Part shown: one piece after another, positions 39,911-48,975 of the stretch
Numbering within the stretch: position 1 is the first letter of the stretch
Layout of the letters: each line of letters begins with the position of its first letter
Assembly: GCA_965206845.1 (NCBI GenBank)
Contig: OZ242221.1
Location: forward strand, 320,001-384,000
DNA from: Cenarchaeum sp.
GTDB taxonomy: Archaea; Thermoproteota; Nitrososphaeria; Nitrososphaerales; Nitrosopumilaceae
Reading direction: 5' to 3'
Length of the DNA: 64,000 bases
The notes under the pieces: model-generated
Seen by the model: only the letters and a program-made list of their open reading frames with translations
Told to the model about the DNA's origin: nothing
Databases searched by the model: none
Translations under genes and position numbers: made by a program

Positions 39911-40804
39911 TGCAGTAGGGCGCATGCCCCGGCAGCCCGATACAATATCCGATATGTCCGAGGCCCGAAAGGAGCTCCGCACAAAGGGCCCGGCCTCCAC
40001 ATGCAGGAACCCCATGTCATACAGCATGTGTTTTAGATGGCCGAACCTCTCAGGATGTATGTACTCTTTGACCGGAAGGTGCCGTGCTGAAGGCTGCATG
40101 TACTGGCCCAGCGCAACAAAGTCCACTGCGGATTTCCGGAGGTCTGTGGCGGCCTCAAGTATCTCGCCTGTGGACTCGCCTAGCCCCAGCATTATGGATG
40201 ACTTTGTAAATATTCCGGGATGCCTCTTTTTGGTGTGGCGCAAGACCTGCAGTGACTGGGAGTAACCCGCTCGGCGGTCCCGGGCCTGCGGGCTGAGCCG
40301 GCGCACGGTTTCTATGTTGTGGCCCACCACATGGGGCCCCGCATCGGCCACCGCATCTATCAGGACACGGTCGCCTGCAAAGTCCGGAATCAGCGACTCC
40401 ACTATGGTATCGGGGCACCGGTGCCGTATGTGCCGAATGGTCTCTGCAAAATGCCCCGCCCCGCCGTCGGGAAGATCGTCCCGGCATACCGACGTTATCA
40501 CCGCGTACTGAAGGCCCAGGTCCCGTATTGCCCCGGCCACGGCGCCCGGCTCCCGCACATCCGGGGCCCCGGGCCTGCCGGTATTCACGTCGCAGAACCC
40601 GCAACCCCGGGTGCAGGTGTCGCCCATTATCATTATGGTGGCAGTACCGGTGCCCCAGCACTCGGCCACATTCGGGCACGATGCCTCCTGGCACACCGTA
40701 TGCAGATTGTGCCTCTTGATGGTCCTTCGCACGTTGGCGTATGTCTCGCCCGAGGGCATCCTCGTCTTCAGCCAGCGCGGATGTGCGAGAGTAGGGCCGC
40801 CCAT
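39905..40804 (-). CDS. lipA: lipoyl synthase
   Basis: TVCQEASCPNVAECW, GDTCTRGCGFC, HNIETV, KSSIMLGLGE, GQYMQP, VRSSF. Confidence 0.96.
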   Translation of the reverse strand: MGGPTLAHPRWLKTRMPSGETYANVRRTIKRHNLHTVCQEASCPNVAECWGTGTATIMIMGDTCTRGCGFCDVNTGRPGAPDVREPGAVAGAIRDLGLQYAVITSVCRDDLPDGGAGHFAETIRHIRHRCPDTIVESLIPDFAGDRVLIDAVADAGPHVVGHNIETVRRLSPQARDRRAGYSQSLQVLRHTKKRHPGIFTKSSIMLGLGESTGEILEAATDLRKSAVDFVALGQYMQPSARHLPVKEYIHPERFGHLKHMLYDMGFLHVEAGPFVRSSFRASDISDIVSGCRGMRPTAL

Positions 40805-40853
40805 GCCCTAGGCTTAATCAAGACATATCTATAATGGTAACGCCCCGTATGCA

Positions 40854-41915
40854 ATGAGAACCGTATTCTACGGGCGACACCGCAAGCTGGGCGCAAAGAT
40901 TGTGGACTTTTATGGCTGGGAGATGCCCCTCCAATACTCGGGGATCATTCAGGAGCACAAGGCCGTCCGAGGCAGTGCGGGCCTCTTTGATGTGTCACAC
41001 ATGGGGCGTTTCAAGATACGCGGTCCGGATGCCCAAGAGCTGATACAGCGCATCATAACAAACGACATACGCCAGGTGGCAGACGGCCAATCGCTGTACT
41101 CGCCTATGTGCAACCACAACGGCGGGATAGTGGACGATGTCATAGTGAGCAGGTTGGGTCCGGGTGATTTCATCATGGTGGTGAACGCGTCCAACAGGAC
41201 AAAGGACATGGACTGGATAATGGCCAGTGCAGACATGGGCCGGTGCGAGGTAAAGGACGTTACGGCCGAGACGGCCCTGCTGGCCCTGCAGGGCCCGCAG
41301 TCGCCCCGCATACTCGAGGAGATGGGTGCGGACATGGGAGGTGTGAGACCCTTCCGGCTTGCGCGCATGGATCTGGACGGCGCGCCCTGCGTCATATCCC
41401 GGACGGGATATACCGGAGAGGACGGCTTTGAGTTGCTTTTTGATGGCAGGCACGTGCACCTCTGGGATGCGATATTGGAGGCCGGCGCCGCATGTGGCAT
41501 AATGCCCGCAGGCCTGGGGGCGCGCGACACCCTGCGGCTGGAGGCGGGGATGATGCTGTATGGCAATGATATAGACGAGGACACCACCCCCCTAGAGGCG
41601 CCCTTGGGGTGGACAGTAAAGATGGAGGCGGATTTCATCGGCAGAGATGCACTGCTCTCAAGGAAGATAACAAAGAGGTTGCGGGGCTTTATGGTTGTCG
41701 GTTCTGGGCGTGTGGCAAGAAAGGGCGACACCGTATATGACAATGAGAGGCCGATAGGCACGGTCACGTCCGGCGGCTTCTCCCCCACGCTGGGCAGGCC
41801 CATCGGATACTGCTACGTTTTGCCGGAGTACGGGGTGGGGGCCCACGTTGCAGTAGGCATTGGCAAAAAGAGATACAAGGCACGGTTGGCATCCACCCGG
41901 TTCTACAAGCGATAG
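40854..41915 (+). CDS. gcvT: aminomethyltransferase (GCS T protein)
   Basis: GWEMPLQY, GLFDVSHMG, ALQGP, SRTGYTGEDGFE, GLGARDTLRLEAG. Confidence 0.96.
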   Translation: MRTVFYGRHRKLGAKIVDFYGWEMPLQYSGIIQEHKAVRGSAGLFDVSHMGRFKIRGPDAQELIQRIITNDIRQVADGQSLYSPMCNHNGGIVDDVIVSRLGPGDFIMVVNASNRTKDMDWIMASADMGRCEVKDVTAETALLALQGPQSPRILEEMGADMGGVRPFRLARMDLDGAPCVISRTGYTGEDGFELLFDGRHVHLWDAILEAGAACGIMPAGLGARDTLRLEAGMMLYGNDIDEDTTPLEAPLGWTVKMEADFIGRDALLSRKITKRLRGFMVVGSGRVARKGDTVYDNERPIGTVTSGGFSPTLGRPIGYCYVLPEYGVGAHVAVGIGKKRYKARLASTRFYKR

Positions 41916-42059
41916 TCAACGGGGCTTTTCCGGGCGTGGGATACTAAAAGTAGATCTTATACAAAACGTTAACCCCAGCGGACGCCATATTGGCAGCCAT
42001 GGCAGGCTCGAGGGTCGGGGGTGAACTGCCCCGGCGCGGTTCCAGACGGATGCCTGTCT

Positions 42060-42420
42060 GGAGGGAACGTGGCGTAGGTGTGCTTCCACGGCATCGAGAC
42101 GCCGTGCATGTCGAAGAGCTTCTTTATCGGCTTGAAGTAGTTGCCAAAGGAGACTGGGTTGAGGTAGCCGGGGCCGTCCCTCGGGAGCTCAGTCCGCTTC
42201 CGCAGCTTGCCCGAGAGGTTTAGCAGTAGGCCGCGCGTCCACCCCGGCTTCTCCCGCCCGACTTTACGAGCCGGGCCACCCGCTCCTTAACCGTCCCCTC
42301 CAGGATCTCTTCCAGGAACCCGCAGACGACCTTCCGGAGCGTCCTCGTGTACTTCTCCCGCGTCTCGGGCGCGCGCATCCCCTGCGCGAAGAGCTTGAGA
42401 GAGGGGGCGCGTCCTCCGAC
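42060..42420 (-). pseudogene. tyrosine integrase N-terminal remnant (frameshifted, truncated)
   Basis: Manual translation across shifts: LKLFAQGMRAPETREKYTRTLRKV...LEG...YLNPVSFGNYFKPIK..LFDMHGV..PWK..YATFP; resembles thaumarchaeal integrase N-termini; adjacent to the tRNA 3' end. Confidence 0.6.
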
Positions 42421-42493
42421 CGTGCCGTCTCGCCTCTTCTGGGCCTCGCGCCTTTTTTTGCATTGCAGGTCTGTGCAAGTTGCCTGAATAAGG

Positions 42494-42586
42494 TGGACCG
42501 GATGGGATTTGAACCCATGACCCTTGCGGGGTGCAGTACCCTTACGCAGTGTGAGTGCGTCATCCTAACCACTAGACAACCGGTCC
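42494..42586 (-). tRNA. tRNA-Val(CAC) with a 20-nt intron at position 44/45
   Basis: Acceptor GGACCGG/CCGGTCC, anticodon arm ACGCA-CTCACAC-TGCGT, T-arm ATGGG-TTCAAAT-CCCAT; intron at 42523-42542. Confidence 0.88.
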
Positions 42587-42722
42587 GTCATTACTGTAAA
42601 AGAGCGGGCTTTTTTGTCTTTGTTTGTGTGGTACGGAACCGCCTGCCTTACATGGCGCAAGAACCCTCCGGGATGCAGATTACGTAGTGCCAAATGCAGG
42701 ATTTGAGCGCGCCCCCTGCAGG

Positions 42723-42890
42723 CTACTTTTTTATGCCCATGTTTCTGTTTTTGAGCCGCAGGTAGTTGCTGTGACACTTGCGGCACCTTGTGGCGTTGAT
42801 GTCGTTTCTTGCCCCGCAGTGGAAGCATATCTTGAGGTGCAGCAGCGCCTTTTGGGCAATCTGCCTCTTTAATGGATCAGTTATGGGCAA
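42723..42890 (-). CDS. rpl40e: 50S ribosomal protein L40e
   Basis: Manual translation from TTG: MPITDPLKRQIAQKALLHLKICFHCGARNDINATRCRKCHSNYLRLKNRNMGIKK. Confidence 0.92.
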   Translation of the reverse strand: MPITDPLKRQIAQKALLHLKICFHCGARNDINATRCRKCHSNYLRLKNRNMGIKK

Positions 42891-42923
42891 TCTGAGTCAT
42901 CCTGCCGTACACTCTCTTTTAAC

Positions 42924-43838
42924 TTAATCGACGGACTCCAGCCTCTTTGCCAGCAGGTCCGGTACCTCCATCGGCCTTTTTGCCACAGGAACGCCTGCCT
43001 TGCCAAACATCGAGACCTTGGACTCGGCAGAGCCGTAGTTTCCGTACACGATGGCGCCGGCGTGTCCCATCCTCTTCTCCTTGGGCGCCGCCCTTCCCAC
43101 AATGTATGCCACCACTGGCTTTTTGAATCCCGTGTCGATGATCTCCTGGGCAAGCAGCTCCTCGGCATCTCCGCCTATCTCTCCCACTATGACCACTCCC
43201 CGCAGGTCAGGCATGTCCCTTACCATGGCAAAGGCGTCAAGCAGCCTTGTGCCGTTGACCGGATCCCCGCCCACCCCCAGGGTGATCATCTGGCCAAATC
43301 CCGATTGCGTCAGGCTGTGTGAGATCTCGTATAGTAGCGTCCCGCTCTTTGATATGACCGCAATGTCGCCTGCCTTGAACGGTCCGGCGGGCATGATCCC
43401 GATCTTGATCACCTCGGGGATGATCACGCCGGGGGTGTTGGGGCCGACGACTATGGCGTCGTGCCTCTTTGCCATCTCCAGCACCTCCAAGGAGTCCCTT
43501 ATCGGGACATGCTCTGGAATTGCAACCAGGAGCTTGATTCCCGCGTTCAGCGCGTCCCTGGCCGCATCAAGAAACAGCCTCGCCGGCACAAACACGGCAG
43601 ATATCTGGGCCCCGGTGGCCTCGACGGCGTCCCTGGCGTTGTCGTATATCGGAATCCCCTCAAAGGTCTGGCCCCCCTTGCCCGGCGTAACGCCGGCCAC
43701 AATGTTTGTGCCGTACTCCCTCATCAGCTGCGTGTGCCGCGATCCGAACCTTCCAGTGATTCCCTGAACGATCACGGGCTTTGCGCCATAGTCCGCGTCC
43801 CCGGGCCTTCCCCTCAGCAGATCAAATATCCGAGTCAT
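42924..43838 (-). CDS. sucD: succinyl-CoA synthetase alpha subunit
   Basis: VQGITG, GVTPGKGG, GPNTPG, SKSGTL, GEIGG, KRMGHAGA. Confidence 0.95.
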   Translation of the reverse strand: MTRIFDLLRGRPGDADYGAKPVIVQGITGRFGSRHTQLMREYGTNIVAGVTPGKGGQTFEGIPIYDNARDAVEATGAQISAVFVPARLFLDAARDALNAGIKLLVAIPEHVPIRDSLEVLEMAKRHDAIVVGPNTPGVIIPEVIKIGIMPAGPFKAGDIAVISKSGTLLYEISHSLTQSGFGQMITLGVGGDPVNGTRLLDAFAMVRDMPDLRGVVIVGEIGGDAEELLAQEIIDTGFKKPVVAYIVGRAAPKEKRMGHAGAIVYGNYGSAESKVSMFGKAGVPVAKRPMEVPDLLAKRLESVD

Positions 43839-44938
43839 CCTGTCCCCCTCACCGCAGCGTCGATCGCGTCCTCCACTGTGTCATGAAGGCTTGTCTGGGT
43901 TCCCTCAAGCATCGCCCTTGCCGTCTCTGACTCGGCGCCCATCAGCCTGGCATGCGCCGGAACGCTGAGCAGGCGGTCGTCGTACGCCTTGACGAATGCC
44001 GATGCGACGGTGGTCGTCTTGACTATTCCGCCGTACAGGTTTATCAGAATCGCCTTTACCCCGTCCATCTTGCTTATCAGCATAAGGGCCCGGTAGACGG
44101 TCTCCGTTGTGGCGCCGCCTCCGACATCCAGGAAACACGCCGGCTTGCCGCCGCCGTCATGCAGCATATCAAGGGTGGACATCACCAGTCCCGCCCCGTT
44201 TCCAACCACAGCGATGTCCCCCCCAAGCTCCACCAGCGAGAACCCGCTCTTCTCTGCGGTCTCCTCCAGCTCCGAGACCTCCTGGTACTTGAGAAGCTCC
44301 GGGTGCCTGAACTTCGAGTTGTCGTCTGTTATCACCTTGCCGTCAAGCGCCATGACAGAGCCGTCGCCCAAGACCGCCAGGGGATTTATCTCTGCCAGCT
44401 CGGCCTCCTTCTCCACTGCGAGCCTTGAGAGCCTCTTTAGCATGTCTGCCAGACCGTCGGCAGTCCCTGCCTCCAGGCCCATCCTGGACGCCACGTCTGC
44501 TGCCATCTCCCCGTCCACGTTGCCGGTGCCCGCATCGATGATGATCTGGTCCTTCTGGGACTCGATGTCCACCCCGCCCTCAGATGATGCTATTATCGTG
44601 TAGCACCGCTTGCTGCGGTTCAGAAAGAGCGACAGGTAGAGTTCCCTCTTTATGTCGGCCATCTTCTCCAGCAGTACGGCCCTGGTCTTCTCTGACTTGA
44701 TGCTCATGTTCATAATCTGGGGGTACTTGGTCTCAAGCTCGCCGTTGTTGTGGCACACCTGGATTCCCCCCGCCTTGCCGCGTCCGCCTACCGGAACTTG
44801 GGCCTTGATGACAAAGGGGTAGCCCATCTCCTGCGCGTCCTTTCTTGCCTGCGCCACATCCGCAGACGTCCGGCCCTCCGGGATGCGGATGCCGTACTCC
44901 CCAAACAGCTCCTTTGCCTGGTACTCTAAGAGGCGCAT
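43835..44938 (-). CDS. sucC: succinyl-CoA synthetase beta subunit
   Basis: LLEYQAKELF, KAQV.VGGRGKAGG, EINPL, GNGAGL, FLDVGGGA. Confidence 0.95.
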   Translation of the reverse strand: MRLLEYQAKELFGEYGIRIPEGRTSADVAQARKDAQEMGYPFVIKAQVPVGGRGKAGGIQVCHNNGELETKYPQIMNMSIKSEKTRAVLLEKMADIKRELYLSLFLNRSKRCYTIIASSEGGVDIESQKDQIIIDAGTGNVDGEMAADVASRMGLEAGTADGLADMLKRLSRLAVEKEAELAEINPLAVLGDGSVMALDGKVITDDNSKFRHPELLKYQEVSELEETAEKSGFSLVELGGDIAVVGNGAGLVMSTLDMLHDGGGKPACFLDVGGGATTETVYRALMLISKMDGVKAILINLYGGIVKTTTVASAFVKAYDDRLLSVPAHARLMGAESETARAMLEGTQTSLHDTVEDAIDAAVRGTG

Positions 44939-44978
44939 TTGGTTTTGTTGCCGGATGGGCGCTTTATAACCTATAACA

Positions 44979-45314
44979 CTATTGCAGTTCCGCCTCTAGG
45001 AGCTCCGTGATCTTCTGAAACCGCTCCCTGCTCTTTCGGAGCAGCATTCGCGGGTAGTCGTCCACGGCATAGACGGACTGCTCGTCGATGGACGGGCGCA
45101 AGAGCCCGCCTGCCGTTATCCGCTGCTCCACGACGTAGCCCTCTGTCAGGGTGCATACGATCTCCTCGCACGAGTCCCCCTCCTCCTCCATGGTCTGCCG
45201 GTACAGCACGATGGGGATCCTGGTCTTTTGGACCGTCTCCGAGCCCCGCCTGAGCAGTTTCTCTAGGCGCTCGGCCTGCCACGAGTCCAGATTGATCTGT
45301 TTTGGCAATGACAT
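44979..45314 (-). CDS. conserved hypothetical protein
   Basis: 111-aa ORF between ileS and sucC, TATA-like element upstream. Confidence 0.65.
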   Translation of the reverse strand: MSLPKQINLDSWQAERLEKLLRRGSETVQKTRIPIVLYRQTMEEEGDSCEEIVCTLTEGYVVEQRITAGGLLRPSIDEQSVYAVDDYPRMLLRKSRERFQKITELLEAELQ

Positions 45315-45356
45315 GCATGCACGGGGATCGTATTTATCTAAGAATGGACCGCGCGG

Positions 45357-48300
45357 CTACTCGACGGAGATGCGGATCTTCTGGCCGTCTATGTCGACCT
45401 GCTCGTACTCGCGGCAGACCTCCTCAAAGCTCACCTGCCTCACCCTGACCAGAAACCGGAGATCGTCTGCCCTTGCCCTGACCATCTCCAGCTGTTCTGG
45501 CTCCAGATCGAGGATCGATGCCACGTCCAGCACTGCCGTGGGGTTGTATCCCCTCTTCTTTCGCAGATCCTGCAGCCTTCTTGCCAGGTCCTTTACGAGT
45601 CCCCTAGCCACCATCTCCGGACTCCTGACGGTGGGGATCAGGACCGTGCAGCGATCCCGGCTGGCCGTGGCGTAGCCGTCCTGGGCATCAAAGCCCACGG
45701 TGACGTCGTCTGCCCCCAGCACCACGCTTTTGCACGCATCGAGAGAGAACTCGCCATTCTCGGCCAGTTCCCGCAGGATCTCGCGCGGGTCTGCCTTTGA
45801 GAATCCTGCCAGCAGGGCGGCCATGTGTTGCTTGGCTCTGGGGCCGATCCTCTTCCGGTCCAGCTGCAGTACGGGCATGACCGGCAGGCCAAGCTTCAGC
45901 ATCTCTGCCAGCCGGTCCAGCCCGGGGCTGCCTGTCAGCTCCACTATGGTGCACCTTTGCACGTTTAGCTGGGAGACCAGAAGATCCGCTAGCCGATCCA
46001 GCTTATCCTTCTGGCCAGGGGCCACGCAGACGATGGCCTCATCCAATGGCCACCGCCTCTTCAGCCTGCCGCTCATTCTCGCGGCAGCCGCCACCGAGAC
46101 TGCATCCCTCATCAGGGCAAAGGACTCCTCCAGGGGGTTGTCCTCCAAGGCGCCATCTGCCTGCGGCCAGCCATCCAGGAGTATGCTCTGCTCCCTGCCG
46201 GAGAGGCAGAGGTACAGGTACTCGCTGGTATAGGGGCACATCGGGTGAATCATGACATCCAGGGACTGGAGAGCCAGGCGCAGCACCGCGTATATGGCCA
46301 GCCGCCGATCCCTCTTTGAGCCGTCCTCGTCCCACAGCTCGCCCCTGGTAATCGGAATGTACGACTGGCTCAGCGTGTCAATGACAAACTCCTCTAGGGC
46401 CCTGGCCGACTCGTGGAACCTGCACCGGTCGTTGTTCCTGCTTACCCTCTTGATCAGCTTTTGAAGCCGGGAGAGGAGCCACATGTCAGGCGCCGTCAGG
46501 AGGCCGCGCTCTTCTGCCCAGCCCGTGTCGTACGAGTCATCAAACTTGTCATACTCGCTGTTCTGCTTGAAGTACAGGTGGAGGTTGTACAGGGTCGAGA
46601 GCACCTGGTATGGCCGGGACATCAGCTCCTCCGTGCTGAAGTTGAGCGCCTCTATGGGACTGGACTTCCACAAAAAGTAGAACCTCACCAGGTCCACCGG
46701 GTATTCCTGTAAAAGCTCCCGGGCGTCCAGCACGTTTCCCAGGCTCTTGCTCATCTTGTTTCCGTTCTTGTCAAGGACATGCCCCTGGAAAAGGAATGCG
46801 CTGTACGGCGACACTGGGGCGTCATTCAGTATCACGTTCTCCACTAGAAGCGTATACGCCCAGCCCCTGGTCTGGTCTATCCCCTCTGTGAAGAACGGCG
46901 CCGGAATGTGCCCCGAGTATGTTTCGTCGTCCAGCGACGAGTAGGGCGCCGAGCCGCTGTTGTGCCACGTGTCCAGGACGTAGGGCTCCCTCTGGGTGTC
47001 TGCGCTCCCGCATTTCTGGCAGTGCACCTTCACGCCGTCGATCCATGGGCGGTGCAGCTCAAAGTCTCTTCCGTCGGGCAGCTCGGCGGACGCCGCGACG
47101 ATCTCCTCTCTGGAGTAGAACCAGCTCCGGTGGCCGCACAGGCGGCAGCTCCAGACAGGGATCGGGCACCCCCAGAACCTCTCCCGGGATATGCACCACG
47201 GGTGCCGCTCCCTCACTATGCCCAGGAACCTGTTCCTTGGCTGCTCGTAAAAGTACTCGACTGCTTCGGCCGCCTCTATCGCCTTCTGGCCTAACCGGTC
47301 CAGCTTGTAGAACCAGCCCCTCCTTGCCAGCCACACGATCCGGTGGCGGGAGCGCCAGCAGAGGGGGTACTTGTGCTTGATCCTGCGTATGCTCACAAGG
47401 GAGCCGCCACTCTCAAGGTCGTCCACTATCCTCTGATCTGCGTCCCGGACAAACAGGCCCGCATACTCGCCTGCCTCCCGGGTGAACCTGACCTCGTCGT
47501 CTATGGGGTTGAAGACGCGCACGCCCCTCCTGTTTGCTATGCCGATATCCTCCTCGCCGTTGGCAGGCGAGAGGTGTACCAGGCCGCTGCCTGCGCCGAC
47601 ATCCACAAACTCCTCGGATACGGCGGTGTGGTAGCCCGGCTCCCGGGACAGCTCGCGCAGTTTCGGGATCCGATCCAGCAGTGGATGTATGTACCTCCTT
47701 CCCTCAAGGTCTGCTCCCGTGACGGTCCGGAGCACGGTGTGCTCCCCTATGCGGGCCTCCTGGAGAAACTCCTCCAGCCTCGTGGCGCCGACTATCCATG
47801 TCTGGTCCCCTGTCCGGATGTAGTGGTACTTCTCCCGGGGGTGGAGTCCCACCATTGCGTCAGTGACCAGCGTGAACGGCATCGTGGTCCACACCACAAG
47901 GTACGCGTCCTCATCAGCAAGCTTCACCTTGTAGTACAGGGAAGGGTCCTCCACCTCCTCGTATCCCTGGTTCACCTCGGCGTGGCTCAGCGAGGTCTGA
48001 CACGAGGGGCAGTATGCGATTACGGTGTAGTCATCCTCCAATATGCCGGTCTCGTTTGCTCGCTTGAGAAACTGCCACTCGCGCTGTATGTAACCGTCAA
48101 GAAACGTCCAGTAGGCCCCGTCGTGGTTGAGTGACATTCCCAGCAGGTTATCTGCCTCGATCCACTTCTGGCTGTACCTGTCCACCAAATCCTTGCACCT
48201 AGCCACCAGGTTCCGGATGCCCACCTTCTCCACCATCTCGCTCTTGCCGCCGGTGACGCCCATCTCCTTTTGCGCCTGCAGCTCCACGGGGAGCCCCTGG

Positions 48301-48554
48301 GTGTCCCAGCCGGCGTTGAAGATCACCTTTTTGCCCTGCAGGACGTTGTACCGGTACCACAGATCCTTGATGACCCGACCCCTCAGGTGGCCGGCATGCG
48401 GGATGCCGTTCATCGTGGGCGGGCCCTCGATGAACATAATCTCCTGATCCTTGGCGTCGGACTCGCGGATCATCCTGTGCAGATCCAGGCCGGAGTTGCG
48501 CTCCCTTATCAGGGACTCGATCCTCTTAAAGTCAAGCTCCCCCGAGAGATCCAT
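45357..48554 (-). CDS. ileS: isoleucine--tRNA ligase
   Basis: EGPPTMNG.PHAGH, GWDTQGLP, WTTMP, WCISRERFWG, EGIDQTRGW, KMSKS. Confidence 0.96.
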   Translation of the reverse strand: MDLSGELDFKRIESLIRERNSGLDLHRMIRESDAKDQEIMFIEGPPTMNGIPHAGHLRGRVIKDLWYRYNVLQGKKVIFNAGWDTQGLPVELQAQKEMGVTGGKSEMVEKVGIRNLVARCKDLVDRYSQKWIEADNLLGMSLNHDGAYWTFLDGYIQREWQFLKRANETGILEDDYTVIAYCPSCQTSLSHAEVNQGYEEVEDPSLYYKVKLADEDAYLVVWTTMPFTLVTDAMVGLHPREKYHYIRTGDQTWIVGATRLEEFLQEARIGEHTVLRTVTGADLEGRRYIHPLLDRIPKLRELSREPGYHTAVSEEFVDVGAGSGLVHLSPANGEEDIGIANRRGVRVFNPIDDEVRFTREAGEYAGLFVRDADQRIVDDLESGGSLVSIRRIKHKYPLCWRSRHRIVWLARRGWFYKLDRLGQKAIEAAEAVEYFYEQPRNRFLGIVRERHPWCISRERFWGCPIPVWSCRLCGHRSWFYSREEIVAASAELPDGRDFELHRPWIDGVKVHCQKCGSADTQREPYVLDTWHNSGSAPYSSLDDETYSGHIPAPFFTEGIDQTRGWAYTLLVENVILNDAPVSPYSAFLFQGHVLDKNGNKMSKSLGNVLDARELLQEYPVDLVRFYFLWKSSPIEALNFSTEELMSRPYQVLSTLYNLHLYFKQNSEYDKFDDSYDTGWAEERGLLTAPDMWLLSRLQKLIKRVSRNNDRCRFHESARALEEFVIDTLSQSYIPITRGELWDEDGSKRDRRLAIYAVLRLALQSLDVMIHPMCPYTSEYLYLCLSGREQSILLDGWPQADGALEDNPLEESFALMRDAVSVAAAARMSGRLKRRWPLDEAIVCVAPGQKDKLDRLADLLVSQLNVQRCTIVELTGSPGLDRLAEMLKLGLPVMPVLQLDRKRIGPRAKQHMAALLAGFSKADPREILRELAENGEFSLDACKSVVLGADDVTVGFDAQDGYATASRDRCTVLIPTVRSPEMVARGLVKDLARRLQDLRKKRGYNPTAVLDVASILDLEPEQLEMVRARADDLRFLVRVRQVSFEEVCREYEQVDIDGQKIRISVE

Positions 48555-48645
48555 ATGTGGGTGAAGGAGGCAGATGACATTATGAAAGTATGGATTTTGG
48601 GCTTGCGCCAGTTGTTTTAAATTTTGAATGTGCACATATGCCGTG

Positions 48646-48930
48646 ATGCTAAACCCACAGCAGATCCTGGAGAAAAAGCCACGCCGTTTGGCCTTGTCGT
48701 GGCCGGCGTGGCGGGCATCCTCATGGCGCCAGTCATCGCCCCGCACATATTTCACGGATTCCACATGGTCCACATAGCGCTGCATGCGGCGGCGTCGTCC
48801 TGACCGCATTCCTGTCTGCGCTGGGAATCACAGCATACGCCAGACTGCGGACAAAGAGGATGATGCTGACGGCTGCAGGGTTCCTGGTGTTTGTTGCGGC
48901 CGAATCGATGATGTCTTTGGCTCCCTCTAG
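48646..48930 (+). pseudogene. frameshifted membrane-protein remnant
   Basis: Hydrophobic segments spread over different frames (GILMAPVIAPHIFHGFHMVHIALH / GVVLTAFLSALGITAYARLRTKRMML). Confidence 0.4.
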
Positions 48931-48975
48931 GGCCGCATAACTTCGATTATATACGCGCCCGCCCACAGTACTGCA

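Noticed and set aside
41990-42300. GC-rich tract initially resembling SRP or RNase P RNA
   Set aside because: No SRP helix-8 or RNase P P4 signature; it translates better as an integrase remnant.
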